This document shows positions 9,036-20,796 of a stretch of DNA of 64,000 bases, in pieces. Position numbers and translations under genes: made by a program. The stretch is from Selaginella moellendorffii (taxonomy: Eukaryota; Plantae; Lycopodiophyta). Under the pieces are notes generated by a model. It made no database searches and was not told where the DNA came from. It saw only the letters and a list, made by a program, of their open reading frames with translations. The DNA is taken from the NCBI RefSeq assembly GCF_000143415.4, contig NW_003314341.1:356470-420469 (forward strand), written 5' to 3'. How positions within the stretch are numbered: position 1 is the first letter of the stretch; the number at the start of each line of letters is the position of its first letter.

Positions 9036-11068
9036 GGAGGGGGTGCTGTCAGGAATCCCCCAATTCTTGCCACATTCCTGACTCTCGCCGGATTCCTGAC
9101 CTGCAAACCACATTCCTGATTCTCGAGACACTTCCCTATTCCTGACTCTCGAGACACTTCCCTATTCCTGACTCTCAAGACACTTCCCGATTCCTGAGTT
9201 TCGAGCCACATTCCTGATATTGATGTGGCACCTCCTCTCGACCTCAGCTATATTTAGGCCGTCTTCGATCCAAGAGTGGTGGAGTTTCATCAACCTATAG
9301 TATATATAGGTTAGCCTTGTTCCATTTCTCCACAATCTGAATCAACACCAGTCTAAGGCCTCTTCTTTGTTTTCACTAGCTTTTTCTCTTTGTCTTTAGA
9401 ATTTTCCAGTCTTGATCTTGTTGGGGGTCTTGACAATCGATGGCAAAATATGCCATGCTAATGTCGTGGGAAAGGTGTTCCCAAAAAGAAAACAACTTTG
9501 ACACAAAGTTGTATGTGACCTCTATGGTGCAGTGCTAACGAATGGTTGGCATGAGAAAGAGTGGTATTGGTCTTGGCAAAAACTTAGACACAAAGAAGAA
9601 GTGTCATAGAGGTAGACTCGTGGAGCCGATGGTGTGGAGACACCAAATGTGCCAAGGTGTGATACCTTGAGGCTATGTTGGTGGGTTCATAAGAACCCCT
9701 TGCCAAAGGAATCCCAATAGAAATGGGAATGGCATAGCCTAAGCTGCAGAGCATGCAGTTGGAGTGTGGTGACCCAGATAATGATGGAGGTGTGGAAGCA
9801 CCAGCAATGAGTTGTAGAACTTAACAACTATGAGGCAACTAAGCAAGAGGTGCAAAATAATTGGTTAAACGGGTAGAAGGTAGCTACCCAAGCCTTCTTA
9901 ATGGCATAGGGAAGTTGGATATACCCTTACGGGGGATAAGTTGCTTATGTTGCGATATAGTAAGTCAATGTCATAAAAGGAAATACTCATTGTCAAGGAA
10001 GCCGTCATTGGGACACCCGAACACTTTAGAACACCAGGAAGTGGTGTTTGATGTCGCGAGGGCAGTAGATAAGGCCCAAGGGACTAAGTCCCTAGCGAAT
10101 GATGATAGTAGGTGCTATCCAAATGTCCAAGGTGGTGGAGACAAGAGAAGACTGTTTACTCGAATTGGACAAAGCCAAAAATGAAATTTTGGCAAGGCTA
10201 GCGATGGGCATGAAAAGGCCCGTAAGCAACAACGTAATCCCGGTGTGTGGGATTATAGGGTGAGCATACCTGGATTGAGGAACCACTCCCTAAGCTATCG
10301 GGTAGATTCATCCCTAAGAATACTTGCTAAGGCATGATAAAAAGTGCAAAGCTATCCTCCTAGTTTGGAGGAGAATGACCGAAGGAAAGGTGTGAAGCCA
10401 AAAGCAAGAAGTAAGGGGATAGAACCGAATCATAGGAATCGAAGGGCATAACCAAGGTTAGTTATGCCAGCTGAGAGTGGAGAATCAAGTGGGGGCTCGA
10501 GGGTGTTGCCGCTAGCAACCGTGATGCCATGGAAAGTCTAAAATATGGAATTGTCCATGTTAGACTATATGGTAATTGGAAAGCTTGCAAAAAGGGGGGC
10601 CTTAGCAAGCTAAGGGATAGAATTCCTTCAAGGTTCCCAAAGAAGGTTCTAGGTAGCTTAGTACTTAGAAAGGCCAAGCGTAAATGGTTCAAGGAACACG
10701 CGAAATCAGAGTGGCGTAGCAGAAGCATGGTCTTGAAGCTTGCCATGAGGCAAGGCTATCAAGGTTAAGGAAGTAGTTCCCGAGTGTTCAAAGAGAAGGT
10801 TTTGAACGAAAGTCGATGATCAAGGGCTTTCACGCTTATGCATGAACCATGTTACGGTGGCCGAATGACTTGCTAAGTGAGATTGGCAAGCCGGAGGGAA
10901 CAAATACCCTAGTTGAAGGAGCCAACTTCAAAGGGGGGCCTAGGAGGCCGAGCATGGAGGAGTCCATGCATGATCACAAACATGTCAAGTGAGAGGACTT
11001 GGCAGTGTGGAGGAACTAGGTTCCTAAGCTGTGATCTGTAGCATGCTTTAAGTATAAGTTGGTGCACC

Positions 11069-11285
11069 GGCGTGAGGAGTCACGCTAGGCATCCGGTGTG
11101 ATGCCATCCGTAGATGCATATACGGAGGTTGGGTTCGAGTCCCGACCCTCTAGTGCTTGGGTTTGAGTCCCAACTCACTAGGGCGTGGTGATGGTTTGGA
11201 ATATGAGGACACTCATTTTTCGGTGGTCATGGACTCTCAGTGTGGAGACTGGCTTGGGCACACCGCCAAGCGAGGGATGCCTCGG
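11069..11285 (+). other. Putative structured cis-acting RNA element (hairpin array with two T-loop-like hairpins) in B 3' UTR
   Basis: Consecutive short inverted repeats; homologous array with compensatory changes in H at 33314-33546. Confidence 0.6.
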
Positions 11286-12642
11286 AGTTGTGATGCACGG
11301 TTAGATTGCTTAGTGTGGCTCAGCATATCTAACTTGAACACTTTGGTGCAAGTGGCACCAAGGACGTGGTGAATGAGATGGGGACACCTAGTCTCAGTTG
11401 CTATGGACCCTTGGCCGGAAGGGCTGGCTTGGGCGCACCGCCAAGTGTGGGGGATGCCCCCGGGGTTGTAGTTAACAAGTTAAAGGTCTGGAAGACTTAG
11501 TACCTATTGGCAAGCCTATTAAGGTGCCGAGGTGAGATCACTAGGTGATCTTGTGGCTAAATAAGGACAAGGTCCTTGTTTGGGCTAAGGAATAAGGTTT
11601 CTAGTTCAAAGTGTTGATTTGAACTATTGATGATGGTGTGGCTTAGTCAAGGTGACCAAGTGGGAAAAGCACTTTAGGGGAATGGGCTATGTCATTGCGA
11701 TGGCATAGTGTGTCCAAGGAAAGTAGTCTCTAAAGAGACCCATGGGAGGGTCACAAAGTTGGGCCGTGGATAGAGCCCACAGTAGAAGATGCTAAAGAGA
11801 CTTACTAGGGGTGAACACCCTAGTCTTGGCAAAGCAGAGCCTTTGCTATGGAATCAAAAGAATACCTCAAGGAGGGGGGTAGAGATTCGGTGTTACTTGG
11901 TGCAACAATCAACGGATAGGAGCAAAAGATGAGTGGCCAAGATAGGGCCGTGGAATCCCTTGGAAGGAATCCAAGTGGCAAAGTTAGGCGAGGAACACTA
12001 ATGTGTTGGACGCTAACGAATTGCGGGAAAGGAAGTGTGTTTCCAAAGATGGATTCCGAATTGCTCCAATTTGGCGAAAGGGGAAGCTCCAAGGGAGGGA
12101 GCGGTAAGGTAGCCAAATGATAGGGTCATGAACAGCCCTAGCACAAAGTATGATAACTGGAACTTAGTGCCCCAGGGTGGCACGAAAGAGAAGAGAGGAT
12201 GATGGTGCCCTCGAGTAGAGAACTTCCTAGGATGGGAAGTGGAGTTGCACAAAAGGTGCAAGGCAAGGTGTCAGGGACACCTAGGAAATTGACTTCCAAA
12301 AGTCAAAGAGTAAAAGTTCCAAGATGCAAACGTTCAATAGATGGAAATTGAGACTACTCGAGAAGGAGTAGTGGGGTTGACTTAGAGAAGGGTCTCTAAG
12401 AGGTTTAGCGAGAACTAAACCAATAAAAGGAGAGAACCACTACATGTGGTCCAATCAGTCTCTAAGTTGGAGAGACTACCCTCCTTAGAGGATGGGCAAG
12501 GCATGGTGAGCCTTTGGTGTCAAACCATAGACAAATATTGGCTAGGTGCCAAGGATGGAACTGGTAATACATGCGGGTGTTACTCTATAAGAGGGTTTAC
12601 CGTTCGATGAGGACATCGAACTTTGTCTATGGGTGTTGGAGT

Positions 12643-14244
12643 TGTGAGACACAAAATCCCTAGGCCCCAAAGTGGAGCCGGAAAGGGTGCCACGTGGTAG
12701 TGGCCGAAGCGAAAGCCAAACGAGCATAACACGTTTGGACTAAAAGCTCCGACTTGGAAGGTCGAGAGCAAGAGTGGAACTCCCAACAAAGTGCTCGAGG
12801 AGCAAGCACGAGGCAACCAAAAAGCAAAGCTCCAAAAAGGGACCCAAAAAGGACCAACACATGACACGTGGAAGTGTCCGAGATGGAGTCCGAGGCGGAC
12901 CCGAGTTGGAGTCCGAGATGGACCCGAAGTGGAGTCCGAGATGGACCCCAAGTGGAGTCTGATATGGAGTCCGAAGTGGAGTCCGAGATGGACCCGAAGT
13001 GGAGTCCGATATGGAGTCCAAGATGGACCCGAAGTGGAGTCCGATATGGAGTCCGATATGGAGTCCGAGATGGAGTCCGAGATGGACCCGAATTGGAGTC
13101 TGATATGGAGTCCGAGATGGAGTCCGAGATGGAACCAAGACCGAGACCGAGACCGAGTCCGAGTCCAAAACCGGGACCGAGACCGAGTCCAAGTCCAAGT
13201 TCGAGCCCGAGTCCGAGTCCGAATACTAATATAGGCAGTTGGGTGAAAGCCCAAAGCGATTGTCCCCCAGGGGGGGGGGGCTGCGGGGGGTTCCAAAAGT
13301 ATAGTAGGGAGAGTGTGGGGGTTGGAGCCCAGTGGAGCCAGTTTGGCCAGGAAAGGCCAGTTTGGCCCAAGAAGGCCAGACCCAGTGTTGGGTGATGAGC
13401 TGACCACTGGGAAGTCCAAGACTAGAGTGAACACGGACCGACAAGCGGGGTACCTTGGTGAAGTGTTCAAGAGCCAACTCTAGTTCCCCCGAGAGATCGA
13501 CTGGCCGATGCTCCCAGTCCAAGTGTGCGTGGCACTACCTACTTGGATACCAAGCGTGGCTCAATGGAACCTCGCTCTAAGCCCATGGCTAGAGCACCCA
13601 AGGGCGGAAGGCGGGGAGAGTACCCCGGTGGCTTGCGTAGGGCCACGGTGTTCCGAAATGTTGTCCCAAAGGCCCAGACTGTGGAAAGGAAGAGGAACAG
13701 TCCTCTGGGGTAGTGACCAAGGACATAGTCGTGGGTGAGGAAGTCCCAGGGGATCGTGGGACTTAGTGGTCGGGCATGTGGGCCTCGATCCAGTGGCAGT
13801 GTTGGCAAACACGGCCAGAGGCAGAAAGGGACTTAGTGGGGACTGATAAAGGGATATTGGGGAAGGCTATTCCCCTTGTCGGTGGGCATCCTAAGGATGC
13901 TAAGGAGTGGATCTGAGATGACCACTCACGGATGATTTGCCTAGTCTTGGAGAGCCAAGACTGTGATGCAAGGGGTATTGGACTACCAGTGTGGCAAAGG
14001 TGATTGGGCATGGCCTTAGCGTAACAAGCTGCCATGTCGATGGTACCTTTGAGTGTCGGTCATGGGATCGGACACGTGGAGCACTTGGACCAAGTGCAAA
14101 TGTTGAGTGGCAGGGATGCCATTCTCAAGGCTAGCAAGTCCTAAGTCCTAAATTGGACTTATGGAGGTTATGAATGAGACTCCTCCAAGTGGTCGGAGGT
14201 GTGGTTGAGTGGCTAAAGTAGAATGGAAAATTTAGTCGCTTACA
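12643..14244 (+). repeat. B 3' LTR
   Basis: Direct repeat of the 5' LTR; followed by TSD ACCAA. Confidence 0.92.
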
Positions 14245-14249
14245 ACCAA

Positions 14250-14570
14250 GTTCGAGACAGAGTCTGAGATCCAAGATCGGGTCCGAGACTGAGTCTGAGG
14301 TCAAGTCCGAGGTTGAGTCTGAGATTGGGTCTGAGGTCGAGTCCGAGATTGAGTCCGGGACCGAGTCCAAAGTTGGGTCCGAGATTGAGTCCGAGATCAA
14401 GACTAAGACCGAGTTCAAGTACTAATACAGGTCGAGGGGTGAAAGCCCAAAGCGTGTGTCTCCCAGAAGGGGGGGGGGGGGGGGTTCCAAAAGTATAGTA
14501 GAGTCCAAATTGACTTGAGGTTGAGATTAGTGCCAAGGGGCTGAGGGACCTTGGGTGGGAGTGAGGAGTG
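14250..14570 (+). repeat. H 5' LTR, continuation after B (truncated; right end approximate)
   Basis: The 12-bp array resumes; contains the GGGTGAAAGCCCAAAG-polyG-GGTTCCAAAAGTATAGTA module. Confidence 0.75.
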
Positions 14571-14899
14571 CGGACCACTTTTGAGCTCATGAGCTGAAAA
14601 GTTGAGCTTGCGAGTTGAGCTCAATTTTCAATTGCAATTTAATACAAATATTATAAATTTTAAAAAATTAAGGTTATAGAAAACCTAACTTTATACTATA
14701 TTTTCATAACTCTCTACATTTTATATGGATAAAACTATTTTAGAGGAGGCTTCTTGTCCAAGAATTTAAATATTTACTATATATAATTTTATTTAAGTTC
14801 ATCAAAACATAAAATAAATGGTTCTAATGTTGATAGTTTCAACTCTTGAAATCTTTCTCCTTATGGTAGTAATTCAAGGACTGGGAGCTGCAATATTCA

Positions 14900-16550
14900 T
14901 CCCATTGCACAACACATTCAAAACATATAAAAGATGGAAAAAGAGGATAATGAGAATAATGATCATATATTGGAGATAAATGAAATGATAAAAGATGCAA
15001 CAATTTAGGTGAAAAAGAATGCCCCCCTATTTGTTTTAAAAAATTACAATTCCATAAATGCCATATTTATTTCTAGCTTTTGGTGGAAACAGTGGCAACA
15101 ATTAGTACAACAGTATATACACTCTTGCAATATATTGTAATATCATGGCCCTAAACTACTATGAAATATATTTTGAGATGGTAAAGATAGAAAAAAAAAG
15201 ACACACTAGTATTACAAATAGTATTGTAAAAAGAAAACTTGGAAGTATACAAAATGAAATGAATGTTTTACTATTAATTATATAAAGTATAAAAAGTATA
15301 TATTACTGATAGAGAATAAATATTGATAGTCTTGGAGAATATTATTAGCTCCAAAAGTCTTATGACTTAGTAGTAATAAAGCTTGCCTGATGTATATAAA
15401 TATCCACTTTAGGATCTTAGTGTAAAGTGTTGATGAAAATGTAGTATATATATGCCTTCCTATATTTCTTATGCTTAGTAAAGTTTAGTTATATGCAAGG
15501 AAAGTATTGAATAACAATTATGTACTCTCCATTTTTTATTTTGACAATGTGCAATATCTTGGAGCAAAATGGTACTTAATATCAAGTTTATTATTGAATA
15601 CTAGGCTTTTCACTCCAAGACCTATACCAATATCTTCATCAATAAAGAAAAAATAACACTTTAAGTGAACAATTTTCATATTACTAATAGAAGCTTTGGA
15701 ATTGTACTTTATAGATGTGCCACAAACCACTTTCTCAACTACAATTGCCACTTCTTGAGCTGGTGAAGTCCTCTTCCTCTTTATCCCATTATGTAACATC
15801 TTAACAGAAGGCCTTGTTTCTAATATCTTTTTTTCTTAAATGCTAATGCTTTTGAAAGTTACTCTATAGTATATATCAAATCCAATAAACATATTTTATA
15901 CAAACTTATCTTCTCTTTCTTTACCTCAAAAGAATACTAGTTTAAGTGCTTACTTTTTAAGAGATTCATAATTGGGGTGTATGTGAGGTCCTCAAGTGGT
16001 TGGTTCTAATTAAAAAGATAATATTAAAAGGCAACAAAAATAAAGAAGAAATAAGAGACTTCATCTCTTCTAACCACTCTATCCCACAGAAATAAATAAT
16101 ACATTTTGCCCTTGTAAATGGCACAATTCTTGCAAAACCAACACTTGAATCCAATAATAATGGTGTCACAGGCAAGAGGATTGATTATAGACCTTTCAAA
16201 AAATATAAAATTTTTATAGCTATTTTGATTACATGTTTCATCTATGCAATCCAAATGCCTACAACAGTAAACTATAGACACTATTCCTTCAAAATGCTAA
16301 AGGTGTGTGGTCTTGATCTTACGCCAATTTTAGACATTTTACTTGGTCTCCATCCCTTTTCATTTGGAACTAGTGTTGTTGATAAGAGGTTTTAGATCAA
16401 AGAAGATATTGTTGTTGTAGTAGGATGGAAGCTCATATGGAAGCTCACTCATGGGTATATATAGAAATAAGTGTATCTTGATTGAGAAGTGGGAAAAGTG
16501 GAAAACATTATTAATATCTTTGAATATTACTGAAGAATCGGAGCTCATGA
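14900..16550 (-). pseudogene. Highly decayed DNA-transposon-like ORF (MULE-like with Cys/His-rich GCM-like N-terminus)
   Basis: Minus-strand remnants ELPYELPSYYNNNIFFDL, WRKIKTT..FEGIV..YCCRHLDCIDETC, FKCWFCKNC, H..THIHP with many stops; family assignment by pattern memory only. Confidence 0.35.
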
Positions 16551-17661
16551 ATTTGGGGCTAACGCTAGCATAGTTTTTCCACTTGAATTGGAAGAGGAGG
16601 ATAGGATGATGACTAACTCTTTCTTCACATTCACTTTAGCTTAAACACTTTGATTGGAGATCCATAAATTTGAATCTCCATAAAGTTCGGTTTATATTTT
16701 ATCTTTCTACCCTTGCCAACACTAGAAAGATAAAACACCAAGCAACAACCATACTAGTATTGTTGCAGATCACAACCTCTAACAAAATAGAGCCAAGATG
16801 AAGATAAAAATGGCAACATAAAAAACTTTTAGAAACATGATTTTAAGAGAACAAAAGCGGTGGGTGATCTCAAAAATATAAAAAAACCTTTTCATCCTTT
16901 TTTATAGGTTTTGGAGTTCTCTATCTTTCTTATGCTACTTATAAAAATCTATAGTGAAACATAATTGAGATTTAAGGAGATTAATAAGAAGAATAATAAC
17001 AATGTACAAATGAATTTAAATACTATAGCATATCTAATATGTGTAAGTGTGATAGTATTATCATATGTTCTGTTGCCTATTGCATGCACACAAATCCAAG
17101 AAAAGGTTTTCAGCACATGAAGTTTGATTGTTAGTGATGATAGTAATAACATTCTGCTTTAGCATGGAGATGCAAGATATCCGATCACATGTAAAATATC
17201 AATAGTTTGTCAAATCTTTAGTGTTAGGTGATGTTAGTAATGATAATTCTTCAATGACATAGTTTTGATTCTCAATATGAGTTGAGTTTTAGCCATATAT
17301 ACAAATACTGCTCAATGACATTTAGAGCATATGCCTATAATTTAGGTTCATATACAATACAAAATAAATTTATGGATGTGGATTCATCCATTCATAGATT
17401 AAAATAGTACAATATATTTAATATAATAATGCAACATACCAGATTTATACTCTTTAAAGTTCTGTTATGAATCCAAAATATGTATGAAATCTTGTTTTGA
17501 ATGCATCCTTTCTATATAAATGGGAAAACTAATATTAATTGTCAAATAACTTACATATTGAAAGGTGCTATATATACCATCATTTAAAATTTTTTAAAAA
17601 ATTTACATACAATATAAATGTATCTTATGTTATTGATAATATAATATAGGGTATAAGCCAA

Positions 17662-18253
17662 GTAGTTTCTGGCCTTGAGGGCCCGAGGTTATTCAAATAA
17701 CCTCCGGCCCCCCGACCTAGAAACTGCCCGAGGTCGAGGTCGGGCTTGCCACCTCGGGTAGTTTCTGGCCTCGAGGGCCCAAGGTTATTCAAATAACCTC
17801 TAGCCCCCCAACCCGGAAACTGCCCGAGGTCGAGGTCCGGCTCGCCACCTCGGGCAGTTTGTGGCCTCGAGGGCCCAAGGTTATTCAAATAACCTCCGGC
17901 CCCCTGACCCGAAAACTGCCCGAGATCAAGGTCTGGCTCGCCACCTTGGGCATTTTGTGGCCTCGAGGGCCTGAGGTTATTCAAATAACCTCGGGCCCCC
18001 CAACCCGGAAACTGCCCGAGGTCGAGGTCCGGCTGGCCACCTCGGGCAATTTCTGGCCTCGAGGGCCCAGGGTTATTCAAATAACCTCGGGCCCCCGGAC
18101 CCAGAAACTGCCCGAGGTCGAGGTCCGGCTCGCCACCTCGGGCAGTTTCTGGCCTTGAGGGCCCCAGGTTATTCAAATAACCTTGGGCCCCCGGGTCCCC
18201 AAACTGCCTGAGGTCTAGCTCGGCCTCGCCACCTTGGGCAGTTTCTGGCCTCG
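17662..18253. repeat. GC-rich 96-bp tandem repeat (~6.2 units), each unit palindromic
   Basis: GGTTATTCAAATAACC recurs at 17687, 17783, 17879, 17975, 18071 and 18167 (period 96). Confidence 0.95.
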
Positions 18254-20796
18254 GGTGAGCCCAATAGTGCCACTAACATCATATTGAATCTTGTGGTTGA
18301 GTAGATTTGCAATACATTCCTAGGTATTGATTTTGAAACTCCATCAACAATGCAAGTTTTGCTTGAGCTCTATTACCCACTAGATAGTATTGTGACTGAT
18401 TGCACAATAAGTAATGGTTATATGGTGGACGTAGCATATAATTCTAGTAGATTGGTGTTTGCTATTAAAAAACATCATTTATTTAAACATTGGCTTAGAG
18501 TTACCTCTAACCTCAAGGAGGTAATTTATATTTATTAAGATTTCATTACATATTTAGTTTTGTTTTATATATCACAATCACCTTGAGTTTTTAGAGTTGG
18601 AGGTTTTAGAAGTCTATTAAAGTATGCAAAGGCTATGGCTTATCAAATGCAAAGTGAGCACAATCCTAATATAGACGGAGGCATAGAAGGAAATGACATG
18701 TTGATGATGACATAGAAGAAAGTTAAATGAATCTTTACTTGAGAAGAAAATCCTATCATATATCAAATCGTCAATAATAGTGTCAGTGTTAGTTATCAAT
18801 GTTAATATCATATTCCATAATTGCAAATTGGTATTCTCACATGCAACCATCAATTTGTAATGTTTGTGTGTTGTCATCTCATTCTTCAATATCTTATCAA
18901 CAATTATATGAAGTGATAACACTAATTATGTAGTAGTTGTGGCAATGCTCAAGAAAACTATAAAAGCCCTTAAAAATGTCCTGGCCCAAGAAAAAAAAGG
19001 CATATTAAGCGTCTTAGAATTAAACTCTCAATTTGTTCATCAATTCCCACTAAATCAAGAGTGAGATCTTCTATGGATTGGGTGTAATAGACTTCAATTT
19101 GAGGAAACTCCCCATCATTGACTTTGTCAATAGCCTAAAAAACCCATATTCTACACTAGTTAATGCATTGTTTCCCATGGAGATGTTGTTCCTCACCATG
19201 AAGAAATAGTGGGTATGTGTCTATAATTTATTCTTGAATTTATTGTACATCCACACTTTCTACGCCCATTGTTAGGCAATCTAAGAAAATTTTGTAATGA
19301 AGACATTTGTCTTGTCCAAAAAAAAAGTAGTATATTAGACATTGAATATAATAGCATTTTGTGCTTTTAAGTAGTCTTGCCATACCAAGAGCAAGATCTT
19401 GCAAAAACATGTGGCACTACTCTTGAAGCATTGGAGGTAATCACTCTTTAGTAATAATATTCAAAATTTTGTATACAGAGAGTTTTAGTTTGACTTTATA
19501 AAAACCTTTAATAGAAAGAAGATTGTAATATGGTTATGGTGGAGATGAATGTGGAATGTTGGTAAACCTTAAGGATGAAGGTAGAAATTAATATGAGATG
19601 TTAGGGACTTATAGACGAGCAGTAATGACTTTCCTTTTAGCCATTTCTATATTAAATTTTTTAGGAGCGTAAGGATAATAAAAATACTATAATAACTAAC
19701 TTTTTTGGCATTTATATATTAATTTTTAGTCTTGGGAATAAGGTTTATTTATTATGACACTAATAATACTCAGATTCTTGAAATGTCAATCTCAAAAATG
19801 AGATTTCAAAATCATAGTCTATTTATGAATAGAAGAGCTTCTAGAATTCTAGATACACATGCTAGAATATTTATCATTTTAATGACCATCTATATATTTT
19901 TTTTTCTACACTTAAACTTTCTAGAAAAATACACAAGGAAATATAAATTATATTATAGTAACAGAGTATGCAAGCACACAGGCCCACATGCATTCTCTTA
20001 TGTGAGATTACCTCTCAATCTGGAAATGTAGATAAACTTGATTCTTTGATGTGATATCACTTTTGAGTCTTTTAAAATATTTTGATTTCTATTATTATTG
20101 TTCACAAATGACTCTCGAAAAATGCTAGTGGGGATTCATCCCAAAAATATATCTTAGTTTTCTTATATAGGAGGATTGTGCTATAGGCAAGTAAGTAAAG
20201 TTTTTTATATGAATTACTATATAATGGTCTTTACATTCTAATAAGGACTAGAAGTGTAATATGAAGATTGTGATATGTAAAGGAAATTAATATTCTCACA
20301 TTGATTTGCCCTACAACTCTTACCTACAGATATTTTATTTTACTTAAGAACTCTAGAATTAATGAATTGTATGTAAATATATATTGCCTTACCATTATAC
20401 ACTATTAATGGCTACCCTTCAAAAAATTTATCTAGATTCATATTTAGGATTTTTAATGAATTGTAAGAAAATCAAAATATGATAGTTGTAAAGATAGTCT
20501 TTAGTAAGAAAATAGATAGGTTCTCATGAACTTAGTATTTTCTAAATAACTCAATCTAGTAGAAACTTTTGACCTAGGTATTCATATATTTTAATATTTT
20601 AAAGTTTGTCAGAACCTTAATTTTTTTAACATAGATTTTCTTTGTAAGAGTTATAGTTGACTACATTGACTTGTGTTGAATTGAGCTCAACTCAACTTTA
20701 GACCATCCCCAGAGTGAGCATGGACTCGGGTGGTGCCGGGGGGGGGGGGGGGGGGGGGGGGGGGGTAGAGGTACTGATACCGGGCTGTTAGGTAAT

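Larger units (their letters stand above)
3834..9435 (+). mobile_element. Element C: near-full-length Tcn1/Tf1-sushi-like chromoviral Gypsy retrotransposon
   Basis: 389-bp LTRs 3834-4222 and 9047-9435 (~7 differences); TSD ATTGA/ATCGA; PPT GAGGAGGGGG at 9034-9043; gag, PR, RT, RH, IN and chromodomain present. Confidence 0.95.
432..14244 (+). mobile_element. Element B: non-autonomous (LARD-like) Gypsy-derived LTR element related to H
   Basis: LTRs 432-2979 and 12643-14244 (TGTGAG...GCTTACA); exact TSD ACCAA (427-431 / 14245-14249); iMet-type PBS at 2983. No intact ORF. The 3' UTR and the pre-LTR motif (CATCGAACTT..TCTATGGGTG) are homologous to H. Confidence 0.9.

Noticed and set aside
11088-11150. 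tRNA gene or tRNA-derived SINE
   Set aside because: A T-arm/B-box is present, but no convincing acceptor stem, A box, tail or TSD; kept only as a structured element.
17625-18253. CRISPR array or 183-aa repeat protein
   Set aside because: The units repeat entirely with no unique spacers, there are no cas genes and the context is eukaryotic. The ORF follows from a GC-rich 96-bp (3n) period and has no good start.
14573-20705. GACCA as TSD of a discrete 6.1-kb DNA transposon
   Set aside because: The termini inside the GACCA pair are not clear TIRs and host H sequence is deleted here, so a 5-bp match may be chance.
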